From Vicinamibacterales bacterium (GTDB taxonomy: Bacteria > Acidobacteriota > Vicinamibacteria > Vicinamibacterales > 2-12-FULL-66-21), in the NCBI GenBank assembly GCA_036496585.1, contig DASXLB010000033.1, positions 1,014-65,013 on the forward strand: a stretch of DNA of 64,000 nt, given 5' to 3'. This document shows positions 24,543 to 33,481 of the stretch, piece after piece (position 1 is the stretch's first letter; every line of letters starts with the position of its first letter). The notes under the pieces are model-generated. The model was given only the letters and a program-made list of their open reading frames with translations, was not told the origin of the DNA and ran no database searches. The translations under genes were made by a program, and so were the position numbers.

Positions 24543-25825
24543 TCGGCGGCGTGCTGCTGCTGGCGCTGCTGGCGGCCGTGCCTGCCGCAGCCGGCCAGGA
24601 GGGGGGGAAGCAGGAGACCGCGGCACCGGCCGCGGCCGACCGGATCGGCGAGATCCGCGTGCACGGCAACGCGACGCTGAGCGACGCGGCCGTCATCGCG
24701 CTTGCCGCGGTCTCGTTGGGCGACAGCCTCGACCAGGCGGGGCTCGACGCGATCGAGGCGCGGCTCCGCGCGAGCGGCCGCTTCGATGCGGTGCAGGCAC
24801 GCAAACGCTATCGCACGCTCGAGATGACCGACGTCGCCCTCCTGCTGGTCGTGCACGAAAAGCCGGGACTGTCGCCGACCGGCCAGCCGCCGAGCGCGAT
24901 GCGGCGGATGCGCTCGAAGCTGATGTTCTTCCCGATCCTCGACTACGAGGATGGCTATGGCTGGACCTACGGTGGCCGGACCGGGCTGGTCAACGTACTC
25001 GGCAAGGGGACGCACGTGACCGTGCCGCTCTCGTGGGGCGGCAGCCGCAACGCCCAGGTCGACGTCGATCGCGCGTTCGACGCCGGTCCACTGACGCGAG
25101 TCACCGGCTCCTACGGCATCCTGCAGCGCGAGAACCCTCACTACCTCGCCGACGATCGCCGAACGTTCCTGCGCGGCCGCGTCGAGCGCCGGCTGTTCGA
25201 CGCCCTCACGCTCGGCGGCGGCCTGGCGCGGTCGGACATCACCTTCGCCGTTGCGACCGACCGCGTCTGGACGGCGGCGGCGGACGTCACCGTCGACACG
25301 CGCCGCGACCCCGCGTACCCGATCGACGCCGTGTTCGCCAGCGCGTCGTGGAACCGGCTGAACCCGATCGGCACCGCGAGCTTCGGCGCCCGCGGCATCG
25401 ACCGTTACTCCTACGAGGCGCGCGGCTACAAACGGCTGTTCCGGCAGAACGTGATCGCCGTCCGCGCCCATCTCGACACGGCTTCGGCATCGCTGCCGCC
25501 GTACGACCAGTGGCTGCTCGGCGGCACGGCGCTGCGCGGCCTGGACGCCGGTGCCTTGGCCGGCGACGCGCGCGTCTTCTGGGCGGCCGAGCTGCGGATG
25601 CCGTTCACCGCTCCGTTCGACGCCGGTCGGTTCGGCGCCAACCTGTTCTTCGAAGGGGGCGCCGCCGTGCCGTACGGCACCGACCTGACGCAGCAGCGGC
25701 AGCTGACGGATGCCGGCGGCGGCGTCTGGCTCACGATCGCGATCGTGCACCTGAACTTCGACGTCGCGCACTCGCTCGACGGCGACGGCACGCGCTTTCA
25801 TTTCGGCACCGGGTTCACCTTCTAG
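24539..25825 (+). CDS. Omp85/BamA-family outer-membrane protein (one POTRA + surface antigen beta-barrel)
   Basis: GTG at 24539 and signal peptide VIGGVLLLALLAAVPAAAGQ. POTRA-like segment IGEIRVHGNATLSDAAVIALAAVSLGDSLDQAGLDAIEARLRASGRF. The C-terminal barrel ends in ...RFHFGTGFTF. Confidence 0.75.
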   Translation: MIGGVLLLALLAAVPAAAGQEGGKQETAAPAAADRIGEIRVHGNATLSDAAVIALAAVSLGDSLDQAGLDAIEARLRASGRFDAVQARKRYRTLEMTDVALLLVVHEKPGLSPTGQPPSAMRRMRSKLMFFPILDYEDGYGWTYGGRTGLVNVLGKGTHVTVPLSWGGSRNAQVDVDRAFDAGPLTRVTGSYGILQRENPHYLADDRRTFLRGRVERRLFDALTLGGGLARSDITFAVATDRVWTAAADVTVDTRRDPAYPIDAVFASASWNRLNPIGTASFGARGIDRYSYEARGYKRLFRQNVIAVRAHLDTASASLPPYDQWLLGGTALRGLDAGALAGDARVFWAAELRMPFTAPFDAGRFGANLFFEGGAAVPYGTDLTQQRQLTDAGGGVWLTIAIVHLNFDVAHSLDGDGTRFHFGTGFTF

Positions 25826-25880
25826 GACCCGCCGCGGCACGCCCGGATGCGGCGATCAGTTCGAGTATGCTGCTCGGCGG

Positions 25881-27110
25881 ATGTCCGACGCCGCCAGCCA
25901 GCGCAACGCCGTCCTCGCCGGATTCCTCGGATGGACGCTCGACGCATTCGACTTCTTCATCCTGACGCTCGTCCTCGAAGACCTGGCGCGGGCATTCTTT
26001 CCGGGCGTCCCGCTGATCGACGCGCGCCCGCGCATCGCGCTCGCCATCACCATGACCCTGGCGATGCGGCCGATTGGCGCCATCGTGTTCGGCCTGATGG
26101 CTGACCGCTACGGCCGCCGGCTGCCGCTGATGCTGAACGTGGTGTTCTACGCCGTCATCTCCGTCCTCTGCGGCTTCGCGCAGTCCTACTGGCAGTTCAT
26201 CGCGCTGCGCATGCTGTTCGGGATCGGCATGGGCGGTGAATGGGGTGTCGGGGCCTCGCTCGCGCTCGAACACGCCTCGCCGCGGCTGCGCGGACTGCTC
26301 TCGGGGCTGCTGCAGGAGGGCTACGCGATCGGCAATCTGCTCGCGGCGCTGGCGTTCCGCACGATCTATCCGTGGGCCGCGATCCACTATCCGGGCAACG
26401 CCTGGCGGGTGATGTTCTTTCTGGGGGGACTGCCGGCGCTGCTCTCGCTCTTCATCCGGCTCCGCGTGAAGGAGTCCGACGCGTGGCGCGAGCACCGCAC
26501 CGACTGGGCGGAGTACTGGCAGATCGTGTTCCGCAACGGCCGCCGCTTCCTCTACCTCGTGCTGCTGATGACCGTCATGAACTTCATGTCACACGGCACG
26601 CAGGACATGTACCCGACGCTGCTCGGCACCTTCGGCTACGACAAGGCGCGGATCGCCGACATCACGATCCTGTCGATGATCGGCGCGGTGCTGGGCGGCC
26701 TGGCGTTCGGGTTCTATTCCGATCGCGCCGGCCGGCGGCGGGCGATGATCACGGCGTCCGTCTGCGCGCTGGCGGTGCTGCCGATGTGGCTCGCCGGCTT
26801 CACGCCGCTGGCGATGATCGCCGGTGTCTTCCTCATGCAGTTCTTCGTGCAGGGAGCGTGGGGCGTGATTCCGGCGCACATCAACGAGCTGTCGCCGTCG
26901 GCGGCGCGCGGCTTCTTCCCGGGGTTTGCCTACCAGCTCGGCGTGATGTTCGCCTCGTCGATTCCCTTCATCGAGTCGTGGCTCGGCGAAGCGTTCAGCT
27001 ACACGCACGCGATGGGCGGCCTGATGGTGGCGGTATTCATCGCCGCCATCATCGTAGTCGCCGCCGGGCCAGAAGCGAGGGGCATCAGCTTCCGCAGGCC
27101 CACCGCCTGA
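25881..27110 (+). CDS. MFS transporter (metabolite:H+ symporter-like)
   Basis: 409 aa with about 12 hydrophobic helices. MFS motif-A-like GLMADRYGRRLPLM and second-half GFYSDRAGRRRAM. Confidence 0.8.
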   Translation: MSDAASQRNAVLAGFLGWTLDAFDFFILTLVLEDLARAFFPGVPLIDARPRIALAITMTLAMRPIGAIVFGLMADRYGRRLPLMLNVVFYAVISVLCGFAQSYWQFIALRMLFGIGMGGEWGVGASLALEHASPRLRGLLSGLLQEGYAIGNLLAALAFRTIYPWAAIHYPGNAWRVMFFLGGLPALLSLFIRLRVKESDAWREHRTDWAEYWQIVFRNGRRFLYLVLLMTVMNFMSHGTQDMYPTLLGTFGYDKARIADITILSMIGAVLGGLAFGFYSDRAGRRRAMITASVCALAVLPMWLAGFTPLAMIAGVFLMQFFVQGAWGVIPAHINELSPSAARGFFPGFAYQLGVMFASSIPFIESWLGEAFSYTHAMGGLMVAVFIAAIIVVAAGPEARGISFRRPTA

Positions 27111-27138
27111 TCGCCCTGCGGGCGGAGTCAGAATCCGG

Positions 27139-28452
27139 TCATCTGGCCGGCGGGCCGGCGACCTCCAGCACGATGATCGTATCAAGAGGGTCGAGCGTGG
27201 CCGGCAGCGTCAGCACCGTGCCGAACTCGCCGCTCTTGAACGGAACGGCCTGACCGCCGTTCAGCAGCCGCGCCGTCTGGATCGCCGACGCCATCGGCGG
27301 CAGCAGCAGCGACGTGTCCGACGCGTCGAGCACGTGCACATAGACCCGATTCCCCTTGCGCGTCGTCACCCCCCACGGGTGCGGCGCGATCGGACCGCCG
27401 CGCGTGCCGAAAATCGACTCGCCGTTGCGGCTGGTCCACTCGCCCATCTCCCGCAGCCGGCTGACGAACTCCGGCTGGATGCGGCCGTTGGCCATCGGAC
27501 CGACGTTCAGCAGGAAGTTGGCGTTGGCGCCCGCGGCGCGCACCAGATACCGCACCAGATCTTTCGTCGACTTGTAGCGGCGATCGGTGATGTTGAACCC
27601 CCATGCCCCGTTCATCGTCTCGCACGTCTCGAGCGGAAGCTGCCCGATTTCCGAGTCGGCGTTGAAGCCCTGGCTGCGCCCTCCGGGCAGATCCTTCTCG
27701 AACATCTGGAAGTCTTCGCCAGGATTCGGACGCTTGTGGTGATTCGATCCGATTAGCGCCGCCGGCTGGAGCTGGTGGATGAGCGAATACGTCTTCTGGA
27801 GCTGCCAGTCGGCGTCCGGCTTGTCCCACCAGCCGTCGAACCAGATGCCCGCCACGTCGCCATAGTTGGTCAGCAGCTCGCGCAGTTGCGCGTTCATGTA
27901 GTCGAGGTAGGCGGGCCAGTTTCCCGATTCCGGCCGGCCGGCGTCGTGTCCGGTGTTGCCGCGAGGGAAGTAGTCGGGATTGTGCCAGTCGAGCTGCGAA
28001 TAGTAGAAAAAGAGCTTCAGTCCCTGCCGCCGGCACTCCTCGGCGAGCGCCTTCAGCGGATCGTTCTTGTACGGGGTGCGCGCCACGATGGTGTAGTCGG
28101 ACACTTTCGAGTCGAACATCGCAAAGCCGTCATGGTGCTTGCTGGTGATCGTGATGTACTTCATCCCGGCGCGCTTGGCGAGCGACACCCATTCGGTCGC
28201 GTCGAAGTCGATCGGGTTGAACTCGCCGGGCAGCTTCTCGTAGTCGGCCACCGGAATCTTCTTGTTCTGCATCACCCACTCGCCGTCGCCGAGCACGCTG
28301 TAGACGCCCCAGTGGACGAACATGCCGAACCGCGCGTCCTGAAACCACACGCGCGCGGCGAGGTTCGACGCGGATGGCGTGTAGCCGTTCTGCGCCGAGA
28401 GCGGTGCAAGACAGGCCACGGCGACCAGACAGGCGAGGAAGCGCGTCTTCAT
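27139..28452 (-). CDS. alpha-L-fucosidase (GH29)
   Basis: ATG at 28452 with signal peptide MKTRFLACLVAVACLAPLSAQ. GH29-like motifs are FGMFVHWGVYS, KHHDGFAMFDS and YYSQLDWHNPDY. Confidence 0.85.
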   Translation of the reverse strand: MKTRFLACLVAVACLAPLSAQNGYTPSASNLAARVWFQDARFGMFVHWGVYSVLGDGEWVMQNKKIPVADYEKLPGEFNPIDFDATEWVSLAKRAGMKYITITSKHHDGFAMFDSKVSDYTIVARTPYKNDPLKALAEECRRQGLKLFFYYSQLDWHNPDYFPRGNTGHDAGRPESGNWPAYLDYMNAQLRELLTNYGDVAGIWFDGWWDKPDADWQLQKTYSLIHQLQPAALIGSNHHKRPNPGEDFQMFEKDLPGGRSQGFNADSEIGQLPLETCETMNGAWGFNITDRRYKSTKDLVRYLVRAAGANANFLLNVGPMANGRIQPEFVSRLREMGEWTSRNGESIFGTRGGPIAPHPWGVTTRKGNRVYVHVLDASDTSLLLPPMASAIQTARLLNGGQAVPFKSGEFGTVLTLPATLDPLDTIIVLEVAGPPAR

Positions 28453-28526
28453 GGAGCCGGAGCCTATCAAATGCTGCGTCCGGTCGGGCGGCTTCTCTTC
28501 AAAGAGCAGTACAATGAGAGGCGAGT

Positions 28527-28603
<77 letters not shown>

Positions 28604-28661
28604 ATCTTTTCCGCCTGACACCCACGGTGTGCCCTGTGCGGCTGTCAAGAACCTGGCGTCA

Positions 28662-29342
28662 TCAGGTCCAGCGCTCGTCCCAGGACGGCGGGATCAGCCG
28701 CGCGTGCCTTACGGCGTGGATCGCCGCGTCGGCGGCGGCGGCGAGGACGGCGCGGGCGTGGGCGTCGAGCCCGGGCAGCGCCGACACCGGCGGCGGACGG
28801 CCGATGAGCGTCTCGACGATCACGAGTGCCGCGAGCGCTGAACCGGACGCCGATGGGTGGAATCCGTCGGGGCCGTACAAGGCGAGCGACGGATCGCGGC
28901 GCCAGGCCTCCTGCCAGGCCTCGCCGACCGGGAAGAGTATCGCGCCGACCGCGGCGGCGGCTCCAGCGTACGACGCTTCCACAGCGGGAAAATCGGTGGC
29001 GCGCGCGCGCGACGGCCACACCATGTAGACGGCCGTCTTCGCGCCGGCGGCACGGATCTCCGCATCGAACCGGCGGACGTACTCGTCGAGCAGCACGCGC
29101 GACTCCGGCAGCGCCGAAGGCCCCTGCTGCAGGACCACGAATGTCCAGCCGCGGCGCGCGATCGTCCGCCGCGCCTCCCCGTCCCGCCAGTGATCCTCGA
29201 GGCTGAAGTCCGGCTTCGCCACCGCCGAGCACTCGATGCGAACGCCGGCGGCCCGGCCGAGCGCCGCCACGGTGGACGGCAGATCGTTGGCCGCGGTCAG
29301 GCTGTTGCCGATGAAGAGCACGCGGATCGCCACATCGAGCAT
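28662..29342 (-). CDS. SGNH/GDSL-family hydrolase
   Basis: Block I VLFIGNSLT and block V DGFHPSASGS. 226 aa. Confidence 0.7.
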   Translation of the reverse strand: MLDVAIRVLFIGNSLTAANDLPSTVAALGRAAGVRIECSAVAKPDFSLEDHWRDGEARRTIARRGWTFVVLQQGPSALPESRVLLDEYVRRFDAEIRAAGAKTAVYMVWPSRARATDFPAVEASYAGAAAAVGAILFPVGEAWQEAWRRDPSLALYGPDGFHPSASGSALAALVIVETLIGRPPPVSALPGLDAHARAVLAAAADAAIHAVRHARLIPPSWDERWT

Positions 29343-29482
29343 GTCTTACCCCCGGAGCACGCGCGGCGTCAGCGTCAACAGTGCCTCAGCGACGATCATC
29401 ACGGCGAGCTTCTGAAGTATCATGGATGTGTCTTATATCGATACGTATCGAGCACCTGCGGCGCGGGCGCGAGGAGGTTCTG

Positions 29483-29695
29483 ATGGCACACCGATCACGA
29501 CCGACGACCAACAAACGGCAGCGCGAGCAGGCGCGCATTGCCAAACGCAACGACAAGGCGGCACGCCTCGCAGAACGCAAGCGTGACGGCGACCGCCCCG
29601 ACTCACCGGCCGGCGTCGATCCCGATATCGCCGATATCCAACCCGGTCCTCAGCCGCTCGCCGACTGGCAGGTCGGCATCGACGAAGAGAGCTAG
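29483..29695 (+). CDS. small basic hypothetical protein (70 aa)
   Basis: GAGGAGG lies 5 nt upstream of the ATG at 29483. Sequence MAHRSRPTTNKRQREQARIAKRNDKAARLAERKRDGDRP... has a basic N-terminus and an acidic C-terminus. The upstream part of ORF 29381..29695 has no support. Confidence 0.45.
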   Translation: MAHRSRPTTNKRQREQARIAKRNDKAARLAERKRDGDRPDSPAGVDPDIADIQPGPQPLADWQVGIDEES

Positions 29696-30741
29696 TCGAC
29701 CCAGTCCGCGATGAACACGTTGGTCTCCCCTTCCACCTTGCCGTTGCGGTCCGACGCGAACACGAGGTGACGGCCGTCCGGTGAGAACATCGGAAAACCG
29801 TCGAAAGTGTCGTTGAAGGTCACCTGCTCGAGACCCGTCCCGTCGACATTCATCAGAAAGACATCGAAATCGCGCTGCTTCGGATCCTTGACGTTCGAGG
29901 CAAAGACCAGCCGCCGTCCATCGGGATGCCAGGAAGGCGCAAAGCTCGCCGCCCCCAGCCGCGTCAGCTGACGATCGTTGCGGCCGTCGCGGTCCATCAC
30001 GTAGATTTCCAGTTTCGTCGGACGCCACAGGTATTGCTTGAGGAGCGCGAGATAGTCGTCGAGCTCGGCACCCGCTGCCAGCGGCCGCCCGCGATACGCG
30101 ATGCGTGAGCCGTCCCACGAGAAAAAGGGACCGCCGTCGGGGCCCGGCCGGCGCGTGAGCCGTGTCGTGCCGGTGCCGTCGGCGTTCATCGTATAGATCT
30201 CCATGTCGCCGTCGCGCACACTGGTGAACGCGATGAGGCCGTCGGGCGCGATCGTCGCCTCGGCGTCGTAGCCGGCCGTCGTGGTCAGTGGCCGCAGATT
30301 CGTGCCGTCGGCGTTGGCCCGATAGATGTCATACCCCTCGTAGACTGGCCACACGTAGCCCTTGTCGTAGCTCGGTTTTGGCGGGCAGGCGGCGCCCGCG
30401 CGGTGGGTCGACGCGAACAGGATTTCCTTCCCCCCCGGATAGAAATAGCCGCAAGTCGTCCGTCCCTGTCCCGTGCTGACGCGGTGCACATCGGTGCCGT
30501 CGATGCGCATCGTGTAGATCTGGTCGCACTCCGCGCCATCGCGCGTCGACTGGAAGATGAGATGTGTGCCGTCCGGCGAGAAATAGGCCTCCGCGTTCTC
30601 TCCCCCGAACGTCAGCTGCCGGATGTTGCGCAGATGGCGCTCGGCGGGCAGTTGCGAAGCGCGATCCCCGCCGGCTCCGGCGTGCACGGTCACCAGAAGG
30701 CCGGCGACTAGTCCGAACGGTAGAAGGCTGAGCTGGCGCAT
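29692..30741 (-). CDS. periplasmic PD40/TolB-like beta-propeller protein
   Basis: ATG at 30741 and signal MRQLSLLPFGLVAGLLVTVHAGAGG. Repeated PD40 motifs include YFSPDGTHLIF, FSWDGSRIAY, PSWHPDGRRLVF and MFSPDGRHLVF. Confidence 0.8.
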   Translation of the reverse strand: MRQLSLLPFGLVAGLLVTVHAGAGGDRASQLPAERHLRNIRQLTFGGENAEAYFSPDGTHLIFQSTRDGAECDQIYTMRIDGTDVHRVSTGQGRTTCGYFYPGGKEILFASTHRAGAACPPKPSYDKGYVWPVYEGYDIYRANADGTNLRPLTTTAGYDAEATIAPDGLIAFTSVRDGDMEIYTMNADGTGTTRLTRRPGPDGGPFFSWDGSRIAYRGRPLAAGAELDDYLALLKQYLWRPTKLEIYVMDRDGRNDRQLTRLGAASFAPSWHPDGRRLVFASNVKDPKQRDFDVFLMNVDGTGLEQVTFNDTFDGFPMFSPDGRHLVFASDRNGKVEGETNVFIADWVD

Positions 30742-30762
30742 GCGTGCTAGATTACCCGAAAG

Positions 30763-31098
30763 ATGCGCGTCCTTTTCGTGTGCCGGCTGAACCGGCGGCG
30801 GAGCGCTACTGCGGAACGCCTGTTCGCCAAGGATCCCGGCCTCGAGGTGCGGTCCGCCGGCACCAGGGAAGACGCCCTCGTCCGCGTCAACGAGCGGATG
30901 CTCGAGTGGGCCGAGGTCATTTTCACGATGGACGACGGCCAGCGCGCCGCGCTCGAGCTTATGTTCCCGGCCCATCCCGCTCTCGGCAAGATCGTCTGCC
31001 TCGACATCGCCGACATTTACGCCTTTCTCGATCCCGAACTGGTCGCGTTGTTGCGCGAGCGCACCGCCGCTCACCTGGTCGGACGGGCTGGCGGGTAG
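30763..31098 (+). CDS. small low-molecular-weight phosphotyrosine phosphatase-like protein
   Basis: N-terminal CX5R(S) P-loop (VLFVCRLNRRRSATAE). 111 aa. Confidence 0.6.
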   Translation: MRVLFVCRLNRRRSATAERLFAKDPGLEVRSAGTREDALVRVNERMLEWAEVIFTMDDGQRAALELMFPAHPALGKIVCLDIADIYAFLDPELVALLRERTAAHLVGRAGG

Positions 31099-31122
31099 TC
31101 GAACATCGCTCCGGCGCGCCGC

Positions 31123-33396
31123 TCAACGCCGTTTGAGACGCAGCGCATTCCCGATCACCGACACCGAACTCAACGTCATGGCGGCGCTCGCCCAGATCGG
31201 ACTGACCAGCAGGCCGACGAACGGATACAGCGCGCCCGCCGCCACCGGCACCCCGATCGCGTTGTAGGCAAACGCCAGGAACAGGTTCTGTCGGATGTTG
31301 CGCATCGTGTCGCGGCTCAGCCGGCGCGCCCGCACCAGTGCGCGGACGTCGCCGGAGACGAGCGTGATGCCGGCACTCTCGATCGCCACGTCGGTCCCGG
31401 TGCCCATCGCGATGCCGACAGCCGCCTCGGCGAGCGCAGGCGCGTCGTTGACGCCGTCCCCCGCCATCGCGACGACCGCGCCGCCCGACTGCAGGTCACG
31501 GATGATGTCGCGCTTGTGCGCCGGCAGCACGCCGGCGAACACATCCGGTTCGGCAATGCCGAGCACGCGGCCGACCGCGACGGCCGTCTCGCGCGAGTCG
31601 CCGGTGAGCATGACGATGCGAAGGCCGTCGGCGCGCAGCGCGTCGAGCGCCTCGCGCGCCGACGACTTGATCGGATCGGCGATCGCGATCGCGCCGGCGA
31701 ACCGTCCGTCCGCCGCGACGTGCACGAGCGTCGGGGCCGCGGCCTGCGGCGCGTCCATCGGCGCCGATGCGGGCAGGTCGACACCGTGCTCCGCCAGAAA
31801 CCCGCGGCTGCCCACCAGCACGTCCCGGCCGCCGGCGCGGCCGCGCACGCCCTGGCCGGGTGTCGACTCGAACGCCTCCGCCGCCGTCCAGCTCAGCGCC
31901 CTCTCGCGCGCGGCAGCGAGAATCGACGCCGCCAGCGGATGCTCGCTGGCCTGCTCGACCGCGGCGGCGAGCGCCAGGATCTCCTCGGGTGACGAGGGGC
32001 CGCTGAACCCGACCACGCGCGGCCGCCCTTCGGTGAGCGTGCCGGTCTTGTCGAGCACGATCGTGTCGACCCGCTCGAGGCGCTCCAGCGCTTCCGCGTG
32101 ACGGACGAGCACCCCTTCGGAGGCGCCGCGGCCGGTGCCGACCATGATCGCCATCGGCGTCGCCAGCCCGAGCGCGCACGGACACGCGATGATGACGACC
32201 GAGACCGCGCTGACGAGCGCATGCGCGAGCCTCGGTTCGGGTCCCCATACGCTCCATGCGACGAACGCCGCCATCGCCACCGCGAACACCGCCGGCACGA
32301 ACCAGGCCGCCAGACGATCGGCCAGGCGCTGGACCGGCGCCCTCGTCCGCTGCGCCTCGGCCACCATCTGGACGATCTGGGCCAGCAGGGTGTCGCGCCC
32401 GACCCGTTCGGCCCGCATGACGATGCTGCCGGTGCCGTTGATCGTCCCGCCCGTGACGCGGCCGCCCGGCTCCTTCTCGACCGGCGTCGGTTCGCCGGTC
32501 AGCATCGATTCGTCGATCGTCGTCCTGCCCTTCGCGACGATCCCGTCGACCGGCACCCGTTCGCCGGGCCGCACCCGCAGCGTGTCTCCGACCTGCACGT
32601 CGGCGATCGCGATGTCGTTCTCCATCAGACCGATCACCTTGCGCGCCGTTTTCGGCGCGAGGCCGAGGAGTCCCTTGAGCGCCAGCGACGTCCGGCTGCG
32701 CGCGCGGATCTCGAGCACCTGGCCGAGCAGCACCAGCGCCGTCACCACCACGGCGGTGTCGAAGTACGGCGCCACGACCCCGTGCATGCGGAAGCCGTCC
32801 GGGAACAGCCGCGGCACGATCGTCGCGGCCGCGCTGTAGGCGTACGCCGCGCCGACGCCGGCCCCGATCAGCGTGAACATGTTCGGACTGCGATTGACGA
32901 ACGACTCGCGGGCGCGGACGAAGAACGGCCAGCCGGCCCAGAGCACGACCGGTGTGGCCAGGGCTAGCTGGATCCAGTTCGCCAGCCGCGGGTCGATGCG
33001 CGCATGCACGGCCGCGGGCGCGATCATCTCGGCCATCGCGAAGAGCATCACCGGCGCACCGAATCCGACGGCGATCCACAGCCGCCGCGTCATGTCGACG
33101 AGCTCGGGATTGGGCCCGTCCTCCAGCGTCACCATCGCGGGCTCGAGCGCCATGCCGCAGAGCGGACACGCGCCCGGTCCCTGCTGGCGAACTTCCGGGT
33201 GCATCGGGCACGTATAGATGGCATCGGGATCGCCCATCGTCTCGGGCGGGCGCGACCGATCGACGTACTGCGCTGGATCGGCGACGAACTTGGCCCGGCA
33301 GCCGGGATTGCAGAAGAAATAGGTCGTGCCCGAGTGATCGGCGCGCAGCGGCGACGATTCGGCGACCGTCATTCCGCAAACGGGGTCGATGGCCAT
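31123..33396 (-). CDS. copA: copper-translocating P1B-type ATPase
   Basis: CPC motif ([13 protein letters not shown]), DKTGTLT, TGEP (MLTGEPTPV), [10 protein letters not shown] and HP (SEHPLA). The N-terminus has a TRASH/YHS-like segment (DPVCGMTV...[10 protein letters not shown]) plus a YTCPMHPEV...CPLCGMAL metal-binding module. Confidence 0.9.
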   Translation of the reverse strand: MAIDPVCGMTVAESSPLRADHSGTTYFFCNPGCRAKFVADPAQYVDRSRPPETMGDPDAIYTCPMHPEVRQQGPGACPLCGMALEPAMVTLEDGPNPELVDMTRRLWIAVGFGAPVMLFAMAEMIAPAAVHARIDPRLANWIQLALATPVVLWAGWPFFVRARESFVNRSPNMFTLIGAGVGAAYAYSAAATIVPRLFPDGFRMHGVVAPYFDTAVVVTALVLLGQVLEIRARSRTSLALKGLLGLAPKTARKVIGLMENDIAIADVQVGDTLRVRPGERVPVDGIVAKGRTTIDESMLTGEPTPVEKEPGGRVTGGTINGTGSIVMRAERVGRDTLLAQIVQMVAEAQRTRAPVQRLADRLAAWFVPAVFAVAMAAFVAWSVWGPEPRLAHALVSAVSVVIIACPCALGLATPMAIMVGTGRGASEGVLVRHAEALERLERVDTIVLDKTGTLTEGRPRVVGFSGPSSPEEILALAAAVEQASEHPLAASILAAARERALSWTAAEAFESTPGQGVRGRAGGRDVLVGSRGFLAEHGVDLPASAPMDAPQAAAPTLVHVAADGRFAGAIAIADPIKSSAREALDALRADGLRIVMLTGDSRETAVAVGRVLGIAEPDVFAGVLPAHKRDIIRDLQSGGAVVAMAGDGVNDAPALAEAAVGIAMGTGTDVAIESAGITLVSGDVRALVRARRLSRDTMRNIRQNLFLAFAYNAIGVPVAAGALYPFVGLLVSPIWASAAMTLSSVSVIGNALRLKRR

Positions 33397-33481
33397 TCCG
33401 GTGATTATGACGCCAGGGGCGAGCTGCGAGGTGCGACCGGCCGTTAACCTTTCGACGCTCGACTACGTAGTAACCGGAGTG

